A stretch of 64,000 bases of DNA, taken from contig CAKVFE010000002.1 of assembly GCA_934746645.1 (NCBI GenBank), positions 26,044 through 90,043 on the forward strand, read 5' to 3'. The notes beneath the pieces were generated by a model, which did not search any database, had not been told where the DNA came from, and saw nothing but the letters and a program-made list of their open reading frames with translations. Positions 47,197 through 54,976 of the stretch are shown piece after piece. Position 1 is the first letter of the stretch. Every line of letters starts with the position of its first letter. Made by a program: the position numbers and the translations under genes. Origin of the DNA: an uncultured Clostridia bacterium. GTDB taxonomy: Bacteria; Bacillota; Clostridia; Christensenellales; UBA1242.

Positions 47197-48474
47197 ATGT
47201 TAGAATTAGACAAAAAAGATGTTAGCCAATTGTCACCAGCAATGGCATACCAATTTTATACTGATGCAATGAATGAAGAAGATACACCAGAAGCTATTAT
47301 GGAAAATTTGGTAAATGCAAATTATACTGAAGTGCTTGTTGATAGTGACATACAAAAAATGTTTTTAATATATTCTTTGATCAATAAATGGATATTTAAT
47401 AATGACGAAAATTATGCACTTTCAAAACAACAACTATTTAATAATAAAGAAAGTGCAAAAGTAGATTATTCTAGACTACAACAATATGTAGAAGACCATT
47501 ATCCTAACAAACTAGATAGATATTATCGTGTAATCAATGTTATTTCTGAGTGTTATTATGACTTAGATATGTTTTCATTTGACAACGAAGGAGAAAGTCA
47601 ACCTGACTTATATAACTTAAAAGAGTATGCTAATATTGCACATACATTACTTAGTCGTATTGGTTGTAGCATAGGACATTTTGTAGAAATACCTTATGAT
47701 GATTATCCGGATATTATTGAGAAAAAATTTGATTTTTACGATGATTTTATCAGTGAATATGAAAATTATCAACAACAATGCTTCGATGAAAAAGCACAAG
47801 ACATAATGGGCATTAAGGCTATGCAAAGAGCTGATGGCGAATACTTGTTGTACAATGGTAAAAAGTTAGTTAATTGTGACCCATTGGTAACTGGAAAAGT
47901 AGTTGTAAAAGATGGTACAATATCTATAGAACCTGACGCATTTATGTATTGTAGAGAGATGACAGAAGTTGTTTTACCTGAAAGTGTAGAGATTATCGGT
48001 GCAGAAGCATTTTATGCTTGTGAAGGTCTTACAAGTATTGACTTACCAACCAATCTAACCGAATTGGGTGCTAGTGCATTGTCTAAATGCTCTAATATTA
48101 CAAGCATAACAATACCTAGCAATATTACTGTTATTAAACAAGGTTTGTTTAAACTATGCGAAAAATTGAACAGTGTTAAGTTTTTAGGAAATGTTACTGA
48201 TATTAAACCACAAGCTTTTTGGGGTACAGGATTGAAAAATTTTGATATGCCTAAATATGTTAATTATGTTGGAGATTATTTATTTAACAATTGTCAACAA
48301 CTAGAATCAGTTACATTGCATTGTCCACTAACTAAAATTGGCGAAAAGTCTTTTGCTGGTTGTAGCAATTTAAAGACCATATATTTTGACGGAATATCTT
48401 TAGAATGGGATATGGTTGAAAAAGATAGCACTTGGAAAGATAATTCTAACAATTTTGAAGTAAAATTTAATTAA
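47197..48474 (+). CDS. BspA-type leucine-rich-repeat protein with a novel N-terminal domain and no signal peptide
   Basis: 425 aa. The C-terminal half has repeats of the type IEPDAFMYCREMTEVVLPESVEIIGAEAFYACEGLTSIDLPTNLTELGASALSKCSNITSITIP. Confidence 0.7.
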   Translation: MLELDKKDVSQLSPAMAYQFYTDAMNEEDTPEAIMENLVNANYTEVLVDSDIQKMFLIYSLINKWIFNNDENYALSKQQLFNNKESAKVDYSRLQQYVEDHYPNKLDRYYRVINVISECYYDLDMFSFDNEGESQPDLYNLKEYANIAHTLLSRIGCSIGHFVEIPYDDYPDIIEKKFDFYDDFISEYENYQQQCFDEKAQDIMGIKAMQRADGEYLLYNGKKLVNCDPLVTGKVVVKDGTISIEPDAFMYCREMTEVVLPESVEIIGAEAFYACEGLTSIDLPTNLTELGASALSKCSNITSITIPSNITVIKQGLFKLCEKLNSVKFLGNVTDIKPQAFWGTGLKNFDMPKYVNYVGDYLFNNCQQLESVTLHCPLTKIGEKSFAGCSNLKTIYFDGISLEWDMVEKDSTWKDNSNNFEVKFN

Positions 48475-48491
48475 AATATTAAAGGAAAAAT

Positions 48492-48977
48492 ATGAACAAA
48501 CAAGAAGTATATGCTTTTATTAAAAATAAAGGTATATGGTATGAAATAACTGAGCATAACGCTGTATGCACTATGGAAGAACTTAAAAGTGTTGATTTGC
48601 CATATCCTGAAGCTGATGCAAAAAATATATTTGTAAGAGATGATAAAAAACAAAATTATTATCTAATAAGTGTAAAATCTGATAAAAGAGTAGACTTAAA
48701 AGAATTTAAAAAGAAATACGACACAAGACATCTTAGTTTTGCACAACCAGAAGACTTGTGGAATATATTACAACTTGTACCGGGTTCAGTTACTCCATTA
48801 GGAGTACTTAATGATACCGAAAACAAAGTTAAAGTATATATTGATAAGGATTATGTTGATGTCGGTATTATTGGCGTGCACCCAAATGAAAATACAGCTA
48901 CTTTGTGGTTAAAAACATTGGATTTGATAGATATAATAAAAGAATCTGGACACGAAATATATATTGCTGAGATATAA
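48492..48977 (+). CDS. YbaK/ProX-type aminoacyl-tRNA deacylase domain protein
   Basis: 161 aa. NIFVRDDKKQNYYLISVKSDKRVDLKEF and GSVTPLGVLND are typical of prolyl-tRNA synthetase-associated editing domains. Confidence 0.65.
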   Translation: MNKQEVYAFIKNKGIWYEITEHNAVCTMEELKSVDLPYPEADAKNIFVRDDKKQNYYLISVKSDKRVDLKEFKKKYDTRHLSFAQPEDLWNILQLVPGSVTPLGVLNDTENKVKVYIDKDYVDVGIIGVHPNENTATLWLKTLDLIDIIKESGHEIYIAEI

Positions 48978-49008
48978 TTGAATTTATCAACCAATAAAAG
49001 GGATACTT

Positions 49009-49902
49009 ATGAAAAGAAAAACTATTACATCACTTATAATATGTGGTGTGTTAATGGTTGTGTTAGTGTTGGGTATTGTTTTTAGATATGATATATTTTA
49101 TGGATTTACTTCATTAAGGACTATCAAGATTGATACGGAAAATACTACAACATCAATAATGACATTCAATATAAGATGTGCCAATAATTCTGATAAAAAC
49201 AAATTAAATTGGAAGTATAGGACATCGTTGATTAGTGATATTTATCAGGAATATCAACCATCTATTATTTGTATGCAAGAAAATAAAAAATCACAATATC
49301 AATTTTTTAAGAAATATTTAAAAGGTTATGATAGTGTTAAGGAGTATCGTGATGATACAAGACTGACCGAATGTCTACCAATATTTTTTAGAAAAGATAT
49401 GTACACTTTAGTTAGTACAAAGACTTTTTGGTTGAGTGATACACCAGACATAATGAGTAATACTTGGGACGCATATTACAATAGGATATGTACAATAGTT
49501 GTGCTTAAATCCAATATTACAGGACAAGAATTTTTAGTTGCAAACGCACATTTGGATTATAAAAATAGTCAAATTCAACAAAAGAGCATAGATTTGATAT
49601 ACGAAAAATTGAGTGATTATTCTATGCCTACAATTATAATGGAAGATTTTAATTTTGAATCGACATCAGATATGTATCAATATTCAATTACAAAATTTGA
49701 TGATGTAGGCAATAATTTTGAGGTCAATAATACTGCAACTATCAATGAATTTAAAACCGAATATCCTAATAATAAGATTGATTATATGTTTCAAAAAACT
49801 GGGAGTTTTGAAGTTGACAATTATCAAATAATTGATAAAAAGATAAAAGGCCATTATGCTAGTGACCATTTTCCAATTTATACCGAACTAACAATTAAAT
49901 AA
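49009..49902 (+). CDS. Endonuclease/exonuclease/phosphatase (EEP) family protein with an N-terminal TM
   Basis: 297 aa. IMTFNIRC near the N-terminus, MQEN, and SDHFPIYTEL at the C-terminus. Confidence 0.7.
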   Translation: MKRKTITSLIICGVLMVVLVLGIVFRYDIFYGFTSLRTIKIDTENTTTSIMTFNIRCANNSDKNKLNWKYRTSLISDIYQEYQPSIICMQENKKSQYQFFKKYLKGYDSVKEYRDDTRLTECLPIFFRKDMYTLVSTKTFWLSDTPDIMSNTWDAYYNRICTIVVLKSNITGQEFLVANAHLDYKNSQIQQKSIDLIYEKLSDYSMPTIIMEDFNFESTSDMYQYSITKFDDVGNNFEVNNTATINEFKTEYPNNKIDYMFQKTGSFEVDNYQIIDKKIKGHYASDHFPIYTELTIK

Positions 49903-49904
49903 AT

Positions 49905-49966
49905 AAAAAACTAAGTAATTATTTAATACATTTTCTATGTTGTATCATTATTACTTAGTTTTTTTA
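49905..49966. terminator. Bidirectional terminator (11-bp stem, large loop)
   Basis: AACTAAGTAAT (49909-19) pairs with ATTACTTAGTT (49950-60), flanked by A- and T-runs. Confidence 0.45.
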
Positions 49967-50017
49967 TTTGTATATGTTAATTTTAAATTTTTAATTGTTA
50001 CATTTATTTTTATAGAT

Positions 50018-50704
50018 TTATGTAATGGTATTATTTGTTTTATTATCAATGTCTTCATCATTTTTAGTGTCAGAAACATTATTAATATTGTTATTTATTG
50101 GTTCTTCTTTTTCGTTGTTATCGTCTACAACATTGGTGTTGTCAATATTATTTTCTACTGTTTTCTTTCTATTAAATATAACATCTAAAATAGGTGTTTC
50201 TTTCTTTAACAAACAATAATATATAAAGCAGATTACAGAACTTAAAAAAGTTATTATTTTAAACACCATTGAGATATAAGCACCAATGACAGCATTGTAT
50301 ATTACATACGAACCATTGTTGATGATGTATGAAACACGCAAAATTGCTGGATTGTCTTGCCAACTACCGTATCCAGCAGAAAGTAGGGCAACAAGTGGAA
50401 GTAAATCAAGGGCATCTTGCCAAGTCAATATTGTTGTTACGACAAAACCAATTTCAAAAACTATAAGCCATATAATGTTAGGCTTCAATTTCTTTAAAGA
50501 ATAAAACATAAAAATGAAAGTTCTTATTGTAGCAACTATACATATTATTGCTGTTGTAATTCTATTAAAAGAAAAATATATTATGACAGACAATACATTG
50601 TTGATTGTATAGTAAAGCATCATTTTCCATTTTTGCTTTTGAAGTATAGCAATAACCGAAACAATGACACTTAATATTTGAAAAATAATTTGAACTGCTT
50701 CCAT
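50018..50704 (-). CDS. YgjV-like inner membrane protein with an Asn/Asp-rich C-terminal tail
   Basis: 228 aa with about 5 TM. The N-terminus and size fit the YgjV family. SD AAAGGA. Confidence 0.5.
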   Translation of the reverse strand: MEAVQIIFQILSVIVSVIAILQKQKWKMMLYYTINNVLSVIIYFSFNRITTAIICIVATIRTFIFMFYSLKKLKPNIIWLIVFEIGFVVTTILTWQDALDLLPLVALLSAGYGSWQDNPAILRVSYIINNGSYVIYNAVIGAYISMVFKIITFLSSVICFIYYCLLKKETPILDVIFNRKKTVENNIDNTNVVDDNNEKEEPINNNINNVSDTKNDEDIDNKTNNTIT

Positions 50705-50739
50705 TTTTATCCTTTGTTTGTATTTAGTATGTTGTATAA

Positions 50740-50875
50740 TCTAAAATTAAACGAGAGCATTGCAAAGCAATATTTTCGAATAACTTATGTTTACCCAAAT
50801 TGTGATGTTTGTTTTACGATGGTAGTTATGATTTGTTATTTAGGTTATAAACAACATAACATCACATAGTTTATA
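50740..50875 (-). repeat. Divergent single copy of the multi-hairpin element (minus orientation)
   Basis: The reverse complement starts TATAAACTATGTGATG and contains CATCACAATTT and CGAAAATATTGCTTTGCAATGC, matching unit B landmarks. The internal hairpins are replaced or degenerate. Confidence 0.7.
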
Positions 50876-50964
50876 TAAGTGTTGATTTAAATAAAAATAT
50901 ATAGTGATTTGTGTATTAAGATTATAAATCTTTTACTATATATTTTCAAGTTAAACAACTTAAA

Positions 50965-51261
50965 AAAATCCCGAATAAAAAAAGTACTCCGTAAGGAGTA
51001 CTAAGCTGGTGCCGAAAGTGGGACTTGAACCCACATGATATTGCTATCGCGGGGCGACTCGTAAAGTAAATAGTCCAGTGGACTATTTATAGATAGCGAA
51101 ACAGAGTGAAGCGATAAGCCGGGAGCAACTTGTTTGCGGTCAGGCTCCGACAGGAGTTTGATGTCCCGACTCAAAATCCCGAATAAAAAAAGTACCCCGT
51201 AAGGAGTACTAAGTTGGTGCCGAAAGTGGGACTTGAACCCACATGATATTGCTATCGCGGG
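50965..51261 (-). repeat. Direct duplication with a 208-nt period: 89-nt blocks 50965-51053 and 51173-51261 (tRNA-Leu 3' half plus terminator plus flank)
   Basis: The two blocks differ at 2 positions. They are separated by a unique 119-nt GC-rich spacer (51054-51172). Confidence 0.9.
51007..51053 (-). pseudogene. Orphan 3' half of tRNA-Leu(CAA): variable arm, T-arm, 3' acceptor strand and CCA
   Basis: The reverse complement CCCGCGATAGCAATATCATGTGGGTTCAAGTCCCACTTTCGGCACCA is identical to the 3' 47 nt of the intact tRNA. No 5' half precedes it. Confidence 0.85.
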
Positions 51262-51301
51262 ATTTTGAGTCCCGTGCGTCTGCCAATTCCGCCATTTCGG
51301 C
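51215..51301 (-). tRNA. tRNA-Leu (anticodon CAA), CCA encoded
   Basis: GCCGAAATGGCGGAATTGGCAGACGCACGGGACTCAAAATCCCGCGATAGCAATATCATGTGGGTTCAAGTCCCACTTTCGGCACCA. It has a 7-bp acceptor stem, the anticodon loop CTCAAAA, a long variable arm (GATA/TATC) and the T-loop TTCAAGT. The terminator hairpin AGTACTCC...GGGGTACT plus T-run follows at 51185-51210. Confidence 0.93.
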
Positions 51302-51498
51302 ATAAATGTGAAATTTTCTTTTAATCGCTTTTATATAATATCAAATTGTTTGACGAAAATCAACAATAATAATTAATTTTGCAAAATTTGTTTATCATTT
51401 TTTATTTTTTATGTTTTATGGTACAATATTATATATATAATGGTTAATGTGTGATTAAATATGCTAACATATTAAATATTGGATTAAAGGTGTATATA

Positions 51499-54060
51499 AT
51501 GAAAGATAAATTTGTTATTATTGATGGCAATAGTCTTATCAACAGAGCATTTTATGCTTTACCACAACTTGCTAATGCAGAAGGTGTTATTAGCAATGGT
51601 GTTTTTGGTTTTGCGACAATACTTGTAAAAATAATTACCGAAATAAAACCAAAATATATTTGTGTTGCACTAGACTATGGCAAACACACTTTCCGTACAG
51701 ATATGTATGCAGAGTATAAGGGTACTAGAAAAGGCACTCCAGAAGAATTGAAAAGTCAATTTCCAATACTTAGAGATATGTTAAGTGCTATGGGTATACA
51801 ACATATTGAAAAAGAAGGAATAGAAGCCGACGATATTATTGGCACACTTACTCGTAGATTTGACACAGAAAATATTGTTGTTACTGGAGATAAAGATAGT
51901 TTTCAACTTATTAATGACAATACTTGGGTTATGTTTACTAAGCGTGGTGTAACCGAAACTATCAACTATGACCAAGCACAACTATTTAATGATTATGGTT
52001 TAAAACCTTTCCAAATAGTCGAACTTAAATCTCTAATGGGTGATAGCTCGGACAATATACCTGGTGTAAGTGGTGTAGGTGAAAAGACAGCTTTAAGTTT
52101 ACTTTATAAATATGAAACATTAGACAATGTCTATAACTATATAGATGAGATAACTGGAAAACTTAAAGAAAAACTTGTTAATAGTAAAGAAATGGCTTAT
52201 TTAAGCCACGCTTTAGCAACTATTGATACCAACTGTGACTTTGAATGTACACTAGAAGATTGTGAATATCAATTCCCATTTAACGAAGAAGTTTTAAAAT
52301 TCTTTAAACGCTATCAATTTAATTCGCTATTAAAAAAATCTAATTTGTTTGAAGAATCTCAACCTAAAACTTTCGAATATGAAAAAAGTATTGAACAATA
52401 CAATATAGATAGTCTTGATATTGTGCAACAAATATCTAATGAGATAAAAAAAGAGAAAAAAATATATCTTAATTTAAGTGGTGGAGTAAGTATCTTTGTC
52501 AATAATAGAGAGTACAATTTAAGTGAAAAAGTTGATTTGTTGACCCCAACTATTGAATGTGCTGATTTGTTTAATGGTTTAAAAGAAGTTTTTGAAGATG
52601 AAACAATAGAGAAATGTGTTTTTGATTATAAAAGCATATTGCATACATTGAAAAAGTATAATGTTGGTCTTAACAATGTTAGTTTTGATGTGTACTTAGC
52701 TAGATACCTTATCAATAACAACAATAAATCTAATATTAGTTTTGAAGATTTGCTTATTGAAAATAATCTTAACTTAAATTATAGAGCATACAATTTAAAA
52801 TCACTTGAAGAGATGTATGTTGACAATCTTAATCAGTTAAAGTTGACCAATTTGTATAACGATATTGAGTTACCGCTTACAAAAGTACTTTATAATATGG
52901 AAATAGTCGGTTTTAAGATTGACCAAGATGTACTATATCAACTAGATTCAAAGTTTGATACCGAACTTAAACAGGTTTCCAACGAAATTTATGATTTGGC
53001 TGATTGTGAGTTTAATCTTAATTCGCCAAAACAGTTGGGTGAAGTGCTATTTGACAAAATGAACTTGTATCACGGCAACAATAAAAAGAAAAGTACAGGT
53101 ATAGATGTACTTAACTCACTTAAAAACGACCATCCTATTATTGAAAAAATAATTAGATATAGACAAATTAGTAAATTGTATTCAACTTATATCAAATCTT
53201 TTGAAGAATTAATTAATAAAGATACTGGTAAAATATATACAACATTCAATCAGACATTAACATCTACTGGTCGACTAAGTAGTTCTGACCCAAATTTACA
53301 AAACATTCCAGTAAGAAGTGAAGAAGGAAAAGAACTAAGAAAAATGTTTGTTCCAAGTACATCTGACGGATATATTGTTTCGGCTGATTATAGCCAAATA
53401 GAACTTAGATTGTTGGCGTCTTTTTGTGGAGATGAAAAACTTATTGAAGCGTTTAGGCGTGGAGATGATATTCACGCACTTACAGCATCACATGTGTTTG
53501 GAGTGGATTTAAAAGATGTGACAAGCCAGATGCGTAGAGATGCAAAAGCTATCAATTTTGGTATCATTTATGGTATATCAGATTATGGACTTAGTCAAAA
53601 TATTGGCAGTACAAGAAAAGCTGCAAAAGAGTATATCGACACATATTTCTTAAAGTATCCATTGGTTAAAAAATATATGGACGACAATGTAGAATATTGT
53701 AAGAAAAATGGCTATATAAAGACATATTTTGGTCGTATCAGATTTATACCAGAAATCAATAATTCCAACTATAATATCCGTCAATTAGGTGAGCGTTGCG
53801 CTATGAATATGCCACTTCAAGGCTCTGCTTCAGATATTATTAAACTTGCTATGATTAGAGTTTACAATCGTATGAAAGATGAAAACTTACAATCAAAATT
53901 AATACTTCAAATTCATGATGAACTTATTGTTGATTGTGTTAAGTCCGAACTAGAAAAAGTCACAACCATACTAAAAGAAGAAATGGAAAATGTTGTTGAC
54001 CTTAAAGTTAAACTTGAAGTCAATGTAAGTTATGGTAAAGATTGGTACGAAGCAAAATAG
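51499..54060 (+). CDS. polA: DNA polymerase I
   Basis: Start moved to the ATG at 51499 (MKDKFVIIDGNSLINRAFYAL, the 5' nuclease N-terminus). Pol motifs are present: DYSQIELR, RRDAKAINFGIIYG, QIHDELIV. Confidence 0.95.
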   Translation: MKDKFVIIDGNSLINRAFYALPQLANAEGVISNGVFGFATILVKIITEIKPKYICVALDYGKHTFRTDMYAEYKGTRKGTPEELKSQFPILRDMLSAMGIQHIEKEGIEADDIIGTLTRRFDTENIVVTGDKDSFQLINDNTWVMFTKRGVTETINYDQAQLFNDYGLKPFQIVELKSLMGDSSDNIPGVSGVGEKTALSLLYKYETLDNVYNYIDEITGKLKEKLVNSKEMAYLSHALATIDTNCDFECTLEDCEYQFPFNEEVLKFFKRYQFNSLLKKSNLFEESQPKTFEYEKSIEQYNIDSLDIVQQISNEIKKEKKIYLNLSGGVSIFVNNREYNLSEKVDLLTPTIECADLFNGLKEVFEDETIEKCVFDYKSILHTLKKYNVGLNNVSFDVYLARYLINNNNKSNISFEDLLIENNLNLNYRAYNLKSLEEMYVDNLNQLKLTNLYNDIELPLTKVLYNMEIVGFKIDQDVLYQLDSKFDTELKQVSNEIYDLADCEFNLNSPKQLGEVLFDKMNLYHGNNKKKSTGIDVLNSLKNDHPIIEKIIRYRQISKLYSTYIKSFEELINKDTGKIYTTFNQTLTSTGRLSSSDPNLQNIPVRSEEGKELRKMFVPSTSDGYIVSADYSQIELRLLASFCGDEKLIEAFRRGDDIHALTASHVFGVDLKDVTSQMRRDAKAINFGIIYGISDYGLSQNIGSTRKAAKEYIDTYFLKYPLVKKYMDDNVEYCKKNGYIKTYFGRIRFIPEINNSNYNIRQLGERCAMNMPLQGSASDIIKLAMIRVYNRMKDENLQSKLILQIHDELIVDCVKSELEKVTTILKEEMENVVDLKVKLEVNVSYGKDWYEAK

Positions 54061-54065
54061 TTTGT

Positions 54066-54115
54066 GCTTTATATTATCGGAAGTTAGACGAAAGCAGTGC
54101 GAAGCAATATTTTTT
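54066..54115 (-). repeat. Truncated 3' fragment of a B-type element (minus orientation)
   Basis: GCTTTATATTATCGGAAGTTAGACGAAAGCAGTGCGAAGCAATATTTT is the reverse complement of the last ~48 nt of unit B (4234-4281), with 2-3 changes. It starts 6 nt after the polA stop. Confidence 0.8.
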
Positions 54116-54239
54116 ATCTCTTATATTTTTTATCAAATTTTTAAATACAAGAAATGTTATTTTATATTTAAATTGTGATTAATTATTTTTAATAAATACA
54201 ATTTAGAATATTACAAAATATTTAGCATAAAATAATTTT

Positions 54240-54782
54240 ATGAAAAAGAATATTATTTTGTACTCAAGTTTGTTGGGATTTATAATAATTATGTTTGTGG
54301 CAATAATGTTGTATCTTGTTGTTTTGTATCCTATAAGATATAAAGATACGATAAGAAAATATGGGGAGATATACAATATTGACCCAGAAATTATTTGCTC
54401 AATTATTAATATAGAAAGTGGATTTGATAAAAATGCAGAATCTAGTGTTGGAGCAAGGGGGCTTATGCAAATTATGCCTAACACTGCTTATGAAATAGCT
54501 GATAAATTAAATATATCAGACTTTACTTTGGATATGTTATTTTCTCCAGAAATCAATATTCGTATGGGGTGTTATTATATCAATTATTTAGCGTCAATGT
54601 ATGAAGATTTGGACAATATAGTTGCTAGTTACAATGCAGGGTTTAACAAAGTCAACGAATGGCTTAAATCAGAAGAATATAGTTCTAATGGTGTAGTTGA
54701 CAATCCACCTATTAAAGAAACAAAACAATACATTAAAAAATTCCACAAAAATTTAAATGTGTATAAAAATAGGATTAATTAA
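54240..54782 (+). CDS. Lytic transglycosylase (SLT domain), membrane anchored
   Basis: 180 aa. N-terminal TM. IINIESGFDKNAESSVGARGLMQIMPNTA contains the catalytic Glu-Ser and GLMQ motifs. Confidence 0.8.
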   Translation: MKKNIILYSSLLGFIIIMFVAIMLYLVVLYPIRYKDTIRKYGEIYNIDPEIICSIINIESGFDKNAESSVGARGLMQIMPNTAYEIADKLNISDFTLDMLFSPEINIRMGCYYINYLASMYEDLDNIVASYNAGFNKVNEWLKSEEYSSNGVVDNPPIKETKQYIKKFHKNLNVYKNRIN

Positions 54783-54790
54783 GTTTTAAA

Positions 54791-54815
54791 AATCACTTTT
54801 ATGAGTGATTTTTTT
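54791..54815 (+). terminator. Rho-independent terminator
   Basis: AATCACT/AGTGATT stem plus a T-run. Confidence 0.55.
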
Positions 54816-54912
54816 AATGTTGATAGTTAAAAGCGTGGGTTTAAGATAAAAATAGTTAATATTATACTATATATTATAATAAAAAATAAGTTTATAAAGG
54901 CACTTATTTACA

Positions 54913-54941
54913 TTGACTTATATTGGTTTTTTATATATACT
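54913..54941 (+). promoter_or_regulatory. sigmaA-type promoter upstream of lysS
   Basis: TTGACT, a 17-nt spacer, then TATACT. Confidence 0.45.
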
Positions 54942-54976
54942 TGTTAAGTAAAAATTATCTATTATCGGAGAAAAAT

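Noticed and set aside
49937-50504. Plus-strand ORFs 49937-50188, 50025-50219 and 50286-50504
   Set aside because: They are antisense to the YgjV-like gene and overlap the terminator region. None has an SD.
51120-51165. SRP RNA helix-8-like string TGTTTGCGGTCAGGCTCCGACAGGAG (GNRA loop)
   Set aside because: The 3' side lacks the conserved AGCAGC asymmetric-loop residues. The length and context (between tRNA-half repeats) do not fit an SRP RNA gene.
51054-51214. Intron-interrupted second tRNA-Leu
   Set aside because: The intact tRNA upstream is complete. The interruption would fall in the anticodon-stem/variable-arm junction, not the anticodon loop, and includes a terminator. No group I core elements were seen.
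51001-51303. Track ORF of 100 aa on the minus strand
   Set aside because: It is entirely composed of tRNA-Leu(CAA), its duplicated 3' half, two terminator hairpins and the GC-rich spacer. There is no SD, so it is an artefact of an RNA-gene region.
54817-54976. T-box or L-box leader upstream of lysS
   Set aside because: Only ~35 nt lie between the predicted -10 and the SD. There is no T-box sequence, specifier stem or lysine-riboswitch core.
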